Source: Candidatus Binatia bacterium (GTDB taxonomy: Bacteria; Desulfobacterota; Binatia; HRBIN30). From it: a DNA stretch of 64,000 bases. The position numbers and the translations under genes were made by a program. The notes under the pieces are model-generated. The model saw only the letters and a program-made list of their open reading frames with translations, ran no database searches and had not been told where the DNA came from. Shown piece after piece: positions 48,261-57,186 of this stretch. The stretch lies in NCBI GenBank assembly GCA_038245295.1, contig JBBRSP010000002.1, positions 320,001-384,000 on the forward strand, in the 5' to 3' direction. Each line of letters starts with the position of its first letter. The first letter of the stretch is position 1.

Positions 48261-48719
48261 TCAAACGTAGGCAGGGTTCAGGTCGACGCCGTTGGCTGCC
48301 TTCCAGGTTGCAAACTCGGCTTCGGCGCTTGGCTCATAGGCGTCGCAGAGGTAGCTGATCTTGGCATCGTCGGTGTAGCGAACGGTCGAGCGCCCGAGCA
48401 GGACGAACGGTGGCAGTGTCGGATGTTCGTACGTCACCTTCCAGCCCATCCGTATCTCGGTGGCAGAGATCTCGGGACCGCTGGTGATTTCCAGGAGTCG
48501 TTTGGTGAACTTGCGATCGAAGCCGTCGAGGGACTTCTTCATGCCCGCCAAGATGGCGTCCGGTCCCGCTAGATGGCAGCCGAACGACTTGGCCTCGACG
48601 TCGTAGATCGCATCGTGGCCGAAGTACTGGTGAAGGCGTGCCCAGTCGTCATCCTTCAGCGTCTTCTCGAAGTCGCGCGCGTAGGTGAGGAAGGTTGGCA
48701 TGATGTCCATGGCGGACAC
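48261..48719 (-). CDS. SnoaL/NTF2-like protein
   Basis: DDWARLHQYFGHDAIY...GPDAI...KISYLCD pattern. Confidence 0.65.
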   Translation of the reverse strand: MSAMDIMPTFLTYARDFEKTLKDDDWARLHQYFGHDAIYDVEAKSFGCHLAGPDAILAGMKKSLDGFDRKFTKRLLEITSGPEISATEIRMGWKVTYEHPTLPPFVLLGRSTVRYTDDAKISYLCDAYEPSAEAEFATWKAANGVDLNPAYV

Positions 48720-48855
48720 CTACTCTTGTGCCGCGGTTGAGGCGAGTCGGGGGAGACAACATTGATCTCTTCCGCGCTCCCTTTGCACCCGCGCCGGGTA
48801 CTGGAGCGGGGCGCCTACCGATTGCCGGGCGACGAAAAGGCGCTAGGGTCACCTC

Positions 48856-49662
48856 ATGAGCAACGACGCCCATTCCCGCCCCAGTGGTGAAAGCGAAGAG
48901 CTTCTCTACGATCCGAACGTCGCGACGCCGACACACGGCGATCGCGCCCGTACGTTGGTCGCAGCAATCCGTACGGCGACTCTGTGCACAATCGCCAAGG
49001 AGCCGGCGGGATATCCGTATGGTTCGTTCGTGACGTTTGCGATGGACGGCGCGGCGCCGGTGTTTTTCATCAGCGGGCTCGCCGAGCATACGAAGAACCT
49101 GCGTCTCGATGGACGCGCGTCGCTGCTCATCGCCGAAGGCGGCGAAGACGATCCGTTGGCCAATGGCCGCGTCACGCTTCTCGGAGTCTGTCGACGCCTC
49201 GACGACGGCAACGAGCGCGACTCCGCCAAGGCGGCCTATCTGCAAGCTCATCCGAATGCGGCCTACTATATGGATTACTCCGACTTCGGATTCTGGCGGC
49301 TCGATGTCGAGTCGGTGCGTTACATCGGCGGCTATGGGCGCATGTCGTGGGTGTCGCTCGACGAGTGGCAGCGCGGCGAACCCGACCCGATCGCGCCGGT
49401 CGCGAGCGGCATCATCTCGCACATGAATGCCGATCACGCCGAGGCGATGATGAGCTACTGTCGAGTCTTCTCGAAAGCGACCGACACCACGGCGGCGACG
49501 ATGACCAGTGTCGATCGCTACGGCTTCGAGATGTCGGCCGAAACCGCCAAGGGACGTCGGCCGATCCGTCTGGCGTTCTCGGCACCGATCGCGACGGCCG
49601 AAGACGCGCGGCGCGAACTGGTGGATCTGTTGCGGCGAGCGCGAGCGGCTGAACCCGGGTAA
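48856..49662 (+). CDS. HugZ-like PNPOx split-barrel protein with DUF2470 domain
   Basis: GYPYGS, ISGLAEHTKNL, RVTLLG, RYIGGYG, IISHMNADH, VDRYG. Confidence 0.88.
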   Translation: MSNDAHSRPSGESEELLYDPNVATPTHGDRARTLVAAIRTATLCTIAKEPAGYPYGSFVTFAMDGAAPVFFISGLAEHTKNLRLDGRASLLIAEGGEDDPLANGRVTLLGVCRRLDDGNERDSAKAAYLQAHPNAAYYMDYSDFGFWRLDVESVRYIGGYGRMSWVSLDEWQRGEPDPIAPVASGIISHMNADHAEAMMSYCRVFSKATDTTAATMTSVDRYGFEMSAETAKGRRPIRLAFSAPIATAEDARRELVDLLRRARAAEPG

Positions 49663-49952
49663 GCCTGACGAACAACGCCTCGACGCGTTCCGCGGACCAC
49701 TCGTCGCACCCTGCACCCCGCTTCCGGGGGGAGTTATCAGCCGTTTTGGGATTTCTCAGATAGATTCCCCCGCGCCAGACGCACCAGGAAGCCCCAGGAT
49801 CGCTTCCCGGGCCTCCGGATGGCCTCACCTACGTACACAAACTCAACGTTTTTTGGGTTTTTGACCGGTCGATGTCGGTCGTGGTGTTGATTTCATTGAA
49901 GAATTAGCAATCTGCCGGGTGGGTGCCGAAGCGTTTGGCCTGCAACATACGT

Positions 49953-49976
49953 CGCAGGCTAAAGCCTGCGCCTACC
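49953..49976 (-). repeat. GTAG-type REP
   Basis: CGCAGGCTAAAGCCTGCGCCTACC, identical to 17168-17191. Confidence 0.85.
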
Positions 49977-50087
49977 GACTGGGTTTCACATTGTCGCAGA
50001 ACGGACTTCGTACACTTCTCGCAGCGAGCCGCGTACGCATTTGTGCGCTTCTTGACGCTTCACCTGCGCGCCGAGCTAATCCGAAGC

Positions 50088-50103
50088 TGGCACACGGCTT
50101 GCC
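50088..50103 (+). promoter_or_regulatory. Sigma54 promoter, near consensus
   Basis: TGGCAC-ACGGC-TTGCC. Confidence 0.75.
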
Positions 50104-50138
50104 TTAGTACTCCCTCGTAATCGCTGGGGAGGATGAGG

Positions 50139-50306
50139 ATGAAGTTGTTTGCAACGGGGAAGTGGCTGAAGGAAGAGAAGCGGTGGCGGATGGTGGTGGC
50201 GATGGATCGTCACAGTGAGGCGGCGGCACCGCCGCAGCGCAAGCCGCTCAAGCGGGCGGAAGTAATTGCACTATCGGTGCTGCGCAAGCGTTACGACGTC
50301 AATTGA
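50139..50306 (+). CDS. Small basic hypothetical protein (55 aa, not in ORF track)
   Basis: GGGGAGG RBS 6 nt before ATG; MKLFATGKWLKEEKRWRMVVAMDRHSEAAAPPQRKPLKRAEVIALSVLRKRYDVN. Confidence 0.6.
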   Translation: MKLFATGKWLKEEKRWRMVVAMDRHSEAAAPPQRKPLKRAEVIALSVLRKRYDVN

Positions 50307-50416
50307 TGAAACGATTTACCCCTCGAAGAAGCGGTGCCGGCGATCCCTTTGGAGCATACGCCGCACCGGAGGCGCCGTTGCACCGCTTCGACGAAACCTA
50401 CGCTGATCCGCCGCCC

Positions 50417-50935
50417 CTACTTGGGGCGCTTCATCAGATCGTCGAGAACCGAACGCCACTGCAACGTGGTCTCGGTCTCCTCGCAAGTCGGGACGCGTTG
50501 CAGGGACACGATATAGTCCGCCGGCAGGCCGTGCTCGCCGGCGCCTTCGACTACCAGGTCCATGTAACGTCGAGTCGGCACATTGTCGCAGCGCCGCGCC
50601 GAGCTCAGTGAGAAAGCCATGATCAGCTCGGCATCGGGATCGAGCGGTTGCACGGCGACCACGACGCGATCGTAGTTGCCGATCACCACACCTTCTGTGA
50701 GCTCGATGTGCGCCAGCTCATCTTCGTTCACTTCGAACGCCACGCCGAACGCGATGGCGCCCGCTTCTTCAATCATATTTCCAAACGCCCCGTGATTGCC
50801 GAAGATCGGCGGCTTGTCGAAGACGACGCGCCAGTCCGCCACGCGGCCGGCATACACGCGCGAGTACTCGATCCCGCGTCGCCCGCGCAGCGTTGCGCTT
50901 TGCATGTTCGAACCGTAGGCGAAGTACCAGGGCAT
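50417..50935 (-). CDS. Gamma-glutamylcyclotransferase family protein
   Basis: WYFAYGSNM, EG...YDR, PTRRY...GAGEHGLPADY. Confidence 0.9.
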   Translation of the reverse strand: MPWYFAYGSNMQSATLRGRRGIEYSRVYAGRVADWRVVFDKPPIFGNHGAFGNMIEEAGAIAFGVAFEVNEDELAHIELTEGVVIGNYDRVVVAVQPLDPDAELIMAFSLSSARRCDNVPTRRYMDLVVEGAGEHGLPADYIVSLQRVPTCEETETTLQWRSVLDDLMKRPK

Positions 50936-51007
50936 GGAATCACTACCAGGGTGTTGCGGGGGTAGGGCGTCAGGCTTCGCTACCTGAACACCCTAAAACC
51001 CTGCCGC

Positions 51008-51910
51008 TTACATGTATTCCGGTTGCCGCGACTTGTCGCCGAAGAGCTCGTCCTTGCGGCCGGCCAACTCCTTGGCGGTGAAAGCTGAGTCGTTCTTGCT
51101 GATCTGGCCGGCGAAGTGCCAGCCCTTAACGAGGGCGATCTGTCCGCCCCAGACGACGAAGCCTTGTCCGTTGATGTCAGCGGCTTCCGGGCTGGCGAGA
51201 AAGGTCACCAGTTGCGCCGGCCACGCCGGGTGGAACATGTCGAAGCCGTCTTCCGGCTTGGCGAACATGGCGTTGTTGGGCATCGTATCGGTCATACGCG
51301 TGCGGGCCCGCGGCGCGATGAAGTTCGAGGTCACGCCGTACTTGCCCATCTCGCGCGCGATGCTGATCGTCAACGAGGCGATGGCGGCTTTGGCCATTGC
51401 ATAGTTGCTGTTGCCGGCGGTGCCCATGAGGCCGGCTTCCGAGGCGGTGTTGACGACGCGGCCGTAGGTGCTGCCGGTCTGCTTGGCGGCTTCACGCCAG
51501 CGCACACAAGCGTGGCGGGTCATCGCGAAGTGGCCTTTGCAGTGCACCTTCAAGACGAGATCGAATTCGTCCTCGTTCATGTTGAAGTTCATACGGTCGC
51601 GCAGCACGCCGGCGTTGTTGACGACAATGTCGAGTTTGCCGAACTTGTCGTAGGCCAGATCGATCAGGCCTTTGGCGGCGTTCCAGTCGGAAATGTCGGC
51701 GAAGTTGGTGATCGCCTCGCCACCACCCTTGCGGATCTCACCAACCACCTCGTCGGCCGGTGTCTGGTCGGCGCCGTCACCGCCGACCGAGGTGCCGATG
51801 TCATTGACAATGACCTTGGCCCCCTCCGCCGCTAGCGCCAGCGCTTCCTCGCGTCCCAGGCCACGTCCGGCGCCGGTGACGATCGCCACCTTCCCATCAA
51901 GCAAACCCAT
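51008..51910 (-). CDS. Short-chain dehydrogenase/reductase
   Basis: TGAGRGLG, VNNAG, NYAMAK (YxxxK). Confidence 0.93.
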   Translation of the reverse strand: MGLLDGKVAIVTGAGRGLGREEALALAAEGAKVIVNDIGTSVGGDGADQTPADEVVGEIRKGGGEAITNFADISDWNAAKGLIDLAYDKFGKLDIVVNNAGVLRDRMNFNMNEDEFDLVLKVHCKGHFAMTRHACVRWREAAKQTGSTYGRVVNTASEAGLMGTAGNSNYAMAKAAIASLTISIAREMGKYGVTSNFIAPRARTRMTDTMPNNAMFAKPEDGFDMFHPAWPAQLVTFLASPEAADINGQGFVVWGGQIALVKGWHFAGQISKNDSAFTAKELAGRKDELFGDKSRQPEYM

Positions 51911-51966
51911 CGTATTCTCCTCGGATCGCTCGTCTCTCGAGTCGATGTTCGATTGTATTGAGCTCT

Positions 51967-52050
51967 CCTGAGCCTGAGCCTCGCCTATGCCTGAGCCTTC
52001 AGCCTCAGCCGTAACAAGGCTCGGGCGAGGGCAAAGGCTGAGGCCGAGGG
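51967..52050. repeat. 6-bp-period inverted intergenic repeat
   Basis: (GCCTGA)n-like run followed by a complementary (GGCTGA/GGCCGA)n-like run. Confidence 0.55.
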
Positions 52051-52052
52051 GG

Positions 52053-53939
52053 CTAGAAATACCCCGGCGGGGTTTCCGTATCCTTCGGCGTGTTGTCGCG
52101 GCTCGGGATCCATTTGCCGGTGATCATGTCTTTGTAACCCATGCCGGGGCCGATCATCGGATAGACGTGAGCATTCTGGTCGACCATGACTTCGATAAAC
52201 GCCGGGCCGTCGAACTTGACGAAGGCTTCGAGTGCGGCGTGCACGTCGGCGAGCTTCTCGACACGCCGGGCGAAACCGAAACCGTCGGCTTCGGCGGCTT
52301 TGACGAAGTCCTTGCGATGCAGGCTCTTGTCGGAGCCGGAATAGCGGTTGGCGTAGAACAGATCTTGCCACTGCCGCACCATGCCGTCGCCGAGGTTGTT
52401 GAGCAGCAGAACCTTTACCGGAATATCGTAGTTGGTGAGGGTCTCGAGATCGCCCCAGTTCATACGGATGCTGCCGTCGCCGTCGACATCGATGACCAGC
52501 TTGCCCGGATTCGCGAGCTGCGCGCCGATGGCGGCGGGCAGACCGAAGCCCATCGTGCCCATGCTGCCGGAGGTCAGCCATTGCCGCGGCTCGGTGAAAT
52601 CGAGGTACTGCGCCGCCCACATCTGGTGCTGGCCGACGCCGGTGCTGACGATCGCTTTGCCCTTGGTGATCTGATTCAGCGTGTGCAGGACGAACTCGGG
52701 CTGGATGATCGGCGACTCGCGGTTCCAGCTCAGCGGGTGGCGGCGCTTGAGCTCATGTGTATGCGCCAACCACTTCGAGTAATCCTTCTTGAAGCCGCGT
52801 CCGTACTCGCGCAACTGCGACAGACCGCGCTTCGCATCGGCGACATGTGACCAGTCGAAGTTTTTAACCTTGCCGATCTCCGAGGCGTCGATGTCGAGAT
52901 GCGCGATCTTGGCATTTGGAGCGAACTCCTTGACCTTGCCGGCGACGCGATCGTCGAAGCGCGCGCCGACGGCAAACAGGAAATCACAGTCTTCCACCGA
53001 GTAGTTGGCGTAGGCGGTGCCGTGCATGCCGAGCATTTGCAACGACAGTTCGGTTGTCGTGTCGACGGAGCCGATGCCGAGCAGCGTGGTGACAACCGGA
53101 ATTCCGAAACGCTCGGCGAAGCGGCGCAGCTCCGGCGCGGCGTTGCTGTTGATGACACCGCCGCCGGCATAGATGAGCGGCCGGTCGGCGCGTTCGAGCA
53201 TGGCGAAGAAGGCCGCCGCGCCTTCGGGCGACAAGGTGGAATCGTTGAGTGCCGCCAGGCGCTCTTCCCAGCCGCGCAAGCGCAGCAGGCCGCTGCCCTG
53301 GTAGACGTGTTGGGCCAGTTGCACATCGCGCGGGATGTCGACGACGACCGGTCCGGGGCGGCCGCTGCGAGCGATTTCGAAGGCGGTGCGCATCGTCGCT
53401 TCGACCTTGGTTTCATCGGTGACGAGGAAGACGTGTTTGGCGCACGAGGCCATGATGTTGAACACGGGCGCTTCCTGGAAAGCGTCCGTGCCCATGGCGA
53501 TGCGCGGCACCTGGCCGGTGACGAGGATCATCGGAACCGAGTCGGCCTGGCAATCACGGATTGGCGTCACCGCGTTGGTCGCTCCCGGGCCCGAGGTGAC
53601 GACGGCGACGCCGACGCGTCCGGAGGACCGTGAATACCCAGCCGCCATGAAGCCGGCACCCTGTTCGGTAGCCGGGATCACCAGGCGGATCTCTTTCGAT
53701 TTTGGCTGGTTGCCGTTGAAGCGGTAGATGGCGTCGTAGGTCGGCAGAATGGCTCCGCCGCTGTAGCCGAAGATCGTATCGACGCCTTCGTCAGCCAGCA
53801 CATGCACCAACGCGTCGGCGTTGGTCATGAGTGTCCCGGCAGCGGGATGTGGCTTGGCCGGGGCTACCCGGACCAGGGAGGGGCGGCTCGGGGTTGGAGA
53901 AGGTTTTGTGGCTCGACGCGGCGACTTCGACGGGGGCAT
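52053..53939 (-). CDS. ilvB: Acetolactate synthase large subunit
   Basis: FGYSGGAILP, EQGAGF, TSGPGATN, GMHG, RFDDRV, GVGQHQMW, GTMGFGLP, DGDGS, GMVRQWQ. Confidence 0.95.
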   Translation of the reverse strand: MPPSKSPRRATKPSPTPSRPSLVRVAPAKPHPAAGTLMTNADALVHVLADEGVDTIFGYSGGAILPTYDAIYRFNGNQPKSKEIRLVIPATEQGAGFMAAGYSRSSGRVGVAVVTSGPGATNAVTPIRDCQADSVPMILVTGQVPRIAMGTDAFQEAPVFNIMASCAKHVFLVTDETKVEATMRTAFEIARSGRPGPVVVDIPRDVQLAQHVYQGSGLLRLRGWEERLAALNDSTLSPEGAAAFFAMLERADRPLIYAGGGVINSNAAPELRRFAERFGIPVVTTLLGIGSVDTTTELSLQMLGMHGTAYANYSVEDCDFLFAVGARFDDRVAGKVKEFAPNAKIAHLDIDASEIGKVKNFDWSHVADAKRGLSQLREYGRGFKKDYSKWLAHTHELKRRHPLSWNRESPIIQPEFVLHTLNQITKGKAIVSTGVGQHQMWAAQYLDFTEPRQWLTSGSMGTMGFGLPAAIGAQLANPGKLVIDVDGDGSIRMNWGDLETLTNYDIPVKVLLLNNLGDGMVRQWQDLFYANRYSGSDKSLHRKDFVKAAEADGFGFARRVEKLADVHAALEAFVKFDGPAFIEVMVDQNAHVYPMIGPGMGYKDMITGKWIPSRDNTPKDTETPPGYF

Positions 53940-54021
53940 GTTCGCTCGACTCCTCTGCAGGCAAAAGTAAGCGGACTGTAGCGCAGAGTCGAGGCCGTTG
54001 CGAAGGGCTGCGCAAGGTCGG

Positions 54022-54243
54022 GGTGGGGTCAGTTCAACCGAGTGCCAATGAGCCCGGTGCCCCCGTGTTGTTGGAGACCAAGCTCCCCCTCTCCCACTTC
54101 GAATGGATTTGTCGATCGGTGGGAGAGGGTCGGGGGGAGGGCGCGCGGCTGGGCTGGCTGGATCCGCCGCTGACCCTCACCCTAACCCTCTCCCATTGTC
54201 TGGTTTCTCATTCACGGTGGGAGAGGGGAGTTTGGGATTCCAC
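54022..54243. repeat. ~220-bp dispersed structured repeat, copy 2 (inverted relative to copy 1)
   Basis: Reverse complement aligns with 14661-14878, e.g. shared CCGACCCTCTCCCACCGATCGACAAATCCATTCGAA. Confidence 0.85.
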
Positions 54244-54336
54244 AACTCCTTGCAGGAAACACCACTATCGGGAGGTCGGGGTGGGACGCGCTCGGAGGTC
54301 GCACCCCACCCGAAGCTTTCGAATTCGTAACGGCGA

Positions 54337-55344
54337 TCAGGCGAGGCCGATGGCGCGATCCTGGGCTTCGGAGTCGAAATCTTCGAACTGAATGATCTCC
54401 ATCTCCTCGAAGGCCCGGCGGACATGCGGCGTCAGCAAGCCGAGACGTTTGATGTTGGGCACGACGCGCGCGAACAGGGCCTGACGGAACATCTTCATGA
54501 CCGGCGAGGCCAAGACGATCTCGCGGACTTCGGCGACGTTGAAGCCGAAGTAACGCGACACATCCTCGGCCAGCAGGCGATCACGCATCAGGCGGCAGGC
54601 TTCGATGACGAAGTCTTCGCGCACCTTGCGCTCCGCCTCGGGCATATCGACGTAGTAGTCCTTGAGCGAGATCACGCCGAAGGCGACGTGGCGCGATTCG
54701 TCTTTCATCACGTAGTGGACGAGCTCCTTGACCAGCGGCTCCTGCGCCATCGTGTACATCTGCGAGAAAGCGGCCATGGCGAGGCCTTCGACGAGGATCT
54801 GCATGCCGAGGTATTTCATGTCCCAGCGCTGATCGCAGATGATCAGATCGAGCAACGCCTTGAGGTTCGGATTGATCGGCCATTCCCACTCGAGCTTGTC
54901 GCGCAGGTAGCGCGAGAAGACTTCGACGTGGCGCGCCTCGTCCATGGTCTGCGAGGCGGCGTAATACTTGGCGTCCATCCACGGCACAGCGCCGGTGAGT
55001 TGCGACGCGACAATCAGCGCGCCCTGCTCGCCGTGCATGAACTGCGACAGCTGCCAGGCCATGCCGGCGTGGCGGAATTTCTTGTGCTCTTTCTCGTTGA
55101 ACGCCTTGAACGGGGCGTAGTCCTGCAGCGGATTGTACCCGAGGGGGATGATCTCACTCTCCGGATCGACCGGCGTGTTCCAGGCGAGTTGGGTTGTGCC
55201 GTTCCACTGCTCGCGCTTGGCCTTTTCGTAGAGCTCGCGCAGCCCTTCTTTGACGCTGCCGTAGTTCCAAGCGTAGTTGGTGTCGAACGACGTCAGAATC
55301 GTTTCAATCTCGGTATCGATCTGGCCCTTATTGATCATCTCCAC
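54337..55344 (-). CDS. Ferritin-like diiron protein (AurF-like oxygenase family)
   Basis: HGEQGAL, DEARH, VEGLA, DESRH (two ExxH motifs). Confidence 0.85.
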   Translation of the reverse strand: MEMINKGQIDTEIETILTSFDTNYAWNYGSVKEGLRELYEKAKREQWNGTTQLAWNTPVDPESEIIPLGYNPLQDYAPFKAFNEKEHKKFRHAGMAWQLSQFMHGEQGALIVASQLTGAVPWMDAKYYAASQTMDEARHVEVFSRYLRDKLEWEWPINPNLKALLDLIICDQRWDMKYLGMQILVEGLAMAAFSQMYTMAQEPLVKELVHYVMKDESRHVAFGVISLKDYYVDMPEAERKVREDFVIEACRLMRDRLLAEDVSRYFGFNVAEVREIVLASPVMKMFRQALFARVVPNIKRLGLLTPHVRRAFEEMEIIQFEDFDSEAQDRAIGLA

Positions 55345-55371
55345 GCGGTTGGATCCTTTCGTTAGGCGGCG

Positions 55372-55421
55372 AACCTATGTGGCTACTTGTTTGGTGTCAA
55401 TAGGAACCTGACGTCGAGTTC
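55372..55421 (-). promoter_or_regulatory. Sigma70 promoter of the diiron gene with adjacent palindromic operator candidate
   Basis: Minus strand TTGACA-17nt-TAGGTT (55400-55372); near-palindrome GAACCTGACGTCGAGTTC at 55404-55421. Confidence 0.6.
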
Positions 55422-55462
55422 ATCTTTTTGTATCGGCCAACTCTTTTGGTAAGAGGGGGCGG

Positions 55463-56113
55463 GTGCCCCGTAGATCGAGTTTGAAAACACGCCCCGCCCT
55501 GCGGACACCGCAGCAAGCACGTAGCCGCCGTACGCGCGAGGACATCCTCAGCGCGGCGATCGCCTGCTTCGAAGTCAAAGGGTATGACGAAACCACCACC
55601 GCGGCGATTGCTCGCAAGGCGGGTATCGCCGTCGGCACGTTGTACGGCTACTTCCTCGACAAGCGGGCGATTCTGCTCGAGCTGCTTGATGGAACGACGA
55701 ACGCCATCGCCGACTACGTCATCCAGAACCTCAATCCTGACTTATGGCGCCACGCCGAGCCCAAGTCGTCGATTCGCCAACTGATCGATGCGATCTTCCA
55801 CACGCGCACGATCAACCCCGGCATGCAGCGCATCCTGTGGGAGCGCTACTTCAAGGACGAGCAATTTCGCGCCGCCGTGCAGGGTATCGAGTCGCGCGTG
55901 CGTGCCTCGATGGAAGCTCTCTTCGCAGCCCTGCGCGAGGGCGGGCAGCTGCGCGTCACCGATACCCATACCGCGGCGTTCATCATTTACGCGTCGATCG
56001 AGTGGACCGCGTCGCGTCTGGTGCTGGGCGCCAGCGACACGCAGATTGACGCGGCGGTCGATTCTGCTTCCGATATGGTCGTACGGTTTTTGTTCCATGA
56101 TGCAGCCCACTGA
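55463..56113 (+). CDS. TetR/AcrR family regulator
   Basis: PQQARS...ILSAA...GYDETTTAAIARKAGIAVGTLYGYF. Confidence 0.93.
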   Translation: MPRRSSLKTRPALRTPQQARSRRTREDILSAAIACFEVKGYDETTTAAIARKAGIAVGTLYGYFLDKRAILLELLDGTTNAIADYVIQNLNPDLWRHAEPKSSIRQLIDAIFHTRTINPGMQRILWERYFKDEQFRAAVQGIESRVRASMEALFAALREGGQLRVTDTHTAAFIIYASIEWTASRLVLGASDTQIDAAVDSASDMVVRFLFHDAAH

Positions 56114-57155
56114 CCCACCACGTCTGCCGCCCCTGCGGCTCGGCTCGTTCGAGCTTGACACGCCGGTGTTGGCAGCGCCGATCGCCGGTTTTACCGACGC
56201 CGTGTTTCGCCAGATCGTCCGCCACTACGGTGGTTGCGGCCTCATCTATACCGAGATGATCTGGGCCGGTGGCTGGATCAGCGGCCAGATCGAGCCGCCG
56301 CGCCTCGCTGGAGTGCGCGACGAAGTGCGACCGCTCGGTGTGCAGCTGTGGGATCGCGAGCCCGGCCATCTCGAAGATGCGGCCGGTCGTCTGGTTGATC
56401 TGGGCGTCTCCGTCATCGATCTGAATTTCGGCTGTCCCAAGAAACGCATCATGGGCAAACACGCCGCCGGGGCGACGCTGCTGCGTGATCCGCAAACCGT
56501 CGGCAACCTTGTCGCCGCAACCGTGCGCGGCGCTCGTGGCACACCGGTTACGGCCAAGATGCGCTTGGGCCCGGCGATTGATCGACGCACCGCGCCGGCG
56601 GTGGCGCGCGCCGCTCAGGACAATGGTGCCGTCGCCATCACTGTCCATGGCCGCACCGCCGACCAACGTTACGACGAAGCCTCACGCCCCGATCTGATTG
56701 CCGAAGTGTCGCAAGCCGTATCGATCCCGGTGATCGCCAACGGTGACATTCGCGACGCGGCCTCGGCGCTTGCCGTGCTGCGAACCAGCGGCGCTTCCGG
56801 AGTGATGGTGGCGCGTGAAGCCATCACACGCCCCTGGGTGTTTCGCGAGATCAGTGCCGCCCTTCAGGGGTTGCCCATCCCACCGCGCCCCAGCATCGAA
56901 GATCAGAAACAGCAGCTCCTGGCGCACCATGGCGCGATGATCGAACGTTTCGGCGATCCCCACGGCACCGTTCTCATGCGCAAGTTCGCCTGCCGTTATC
57001 TGGTGGGTGTCCAGGGGAATGCTCGGTTCCGCAACGCCATCTCGCGGGCCGAAAACGCCGCTCACTTTCGCGACATCGTCGAAACCTTCCTGCCTGGGGA
57101 CGAGGCCACGATGGTGTCGGCGGGGCTGCCAGCCGGACTCGACGCTTTGACGTGA
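56097..57155 (+). CDS. dusB: tRNA-dihydrouridine synthase
   Basis: APIAGFTD, YTEM, IDLNFGCP, TAKMRLG, TVHGRT, IANGDI. Confidence 0.88.
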   Translation: MMQPTDPPRLPPLRLGSFELDTPVLAAPIAGFTDAVFRQIVRHYGGCGLIYTEMIWAGGWISGQIEPPRLAGVRDEVRPLGVQLWDREPGHLEDAAGRLVDLGVSVIDLNFGCPKKRIMGKHAAGATLLRDPQTVGNLVAATVRGARGTPVTAKMRLGPAIDRRTAPAVARAAQDNGAVAITVHGRTADQRYDEASRPDLIAEVSQAVSIPVIANGDIRDAASALAVLRTSGASGVMVAREAITRPWVFREISAALQGLPIPPRPSIEDQKQQLLAHHGAMIERFGDPHGTVLMRKFACRYLVGVQGNARFRNAISRAENAAHFRDIVETFLPGDEATMVSAGLPAGLDALT

Positions 57156-57186
57156 CATTCGCCAGCGCCGCGGATAAGAGGGCGGC

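Noticed and set aside
55788..56096. N-terminal extension of the dusB ORF
   Set aside because: Lies within the TetR gene; Dus similarity starts after 56097
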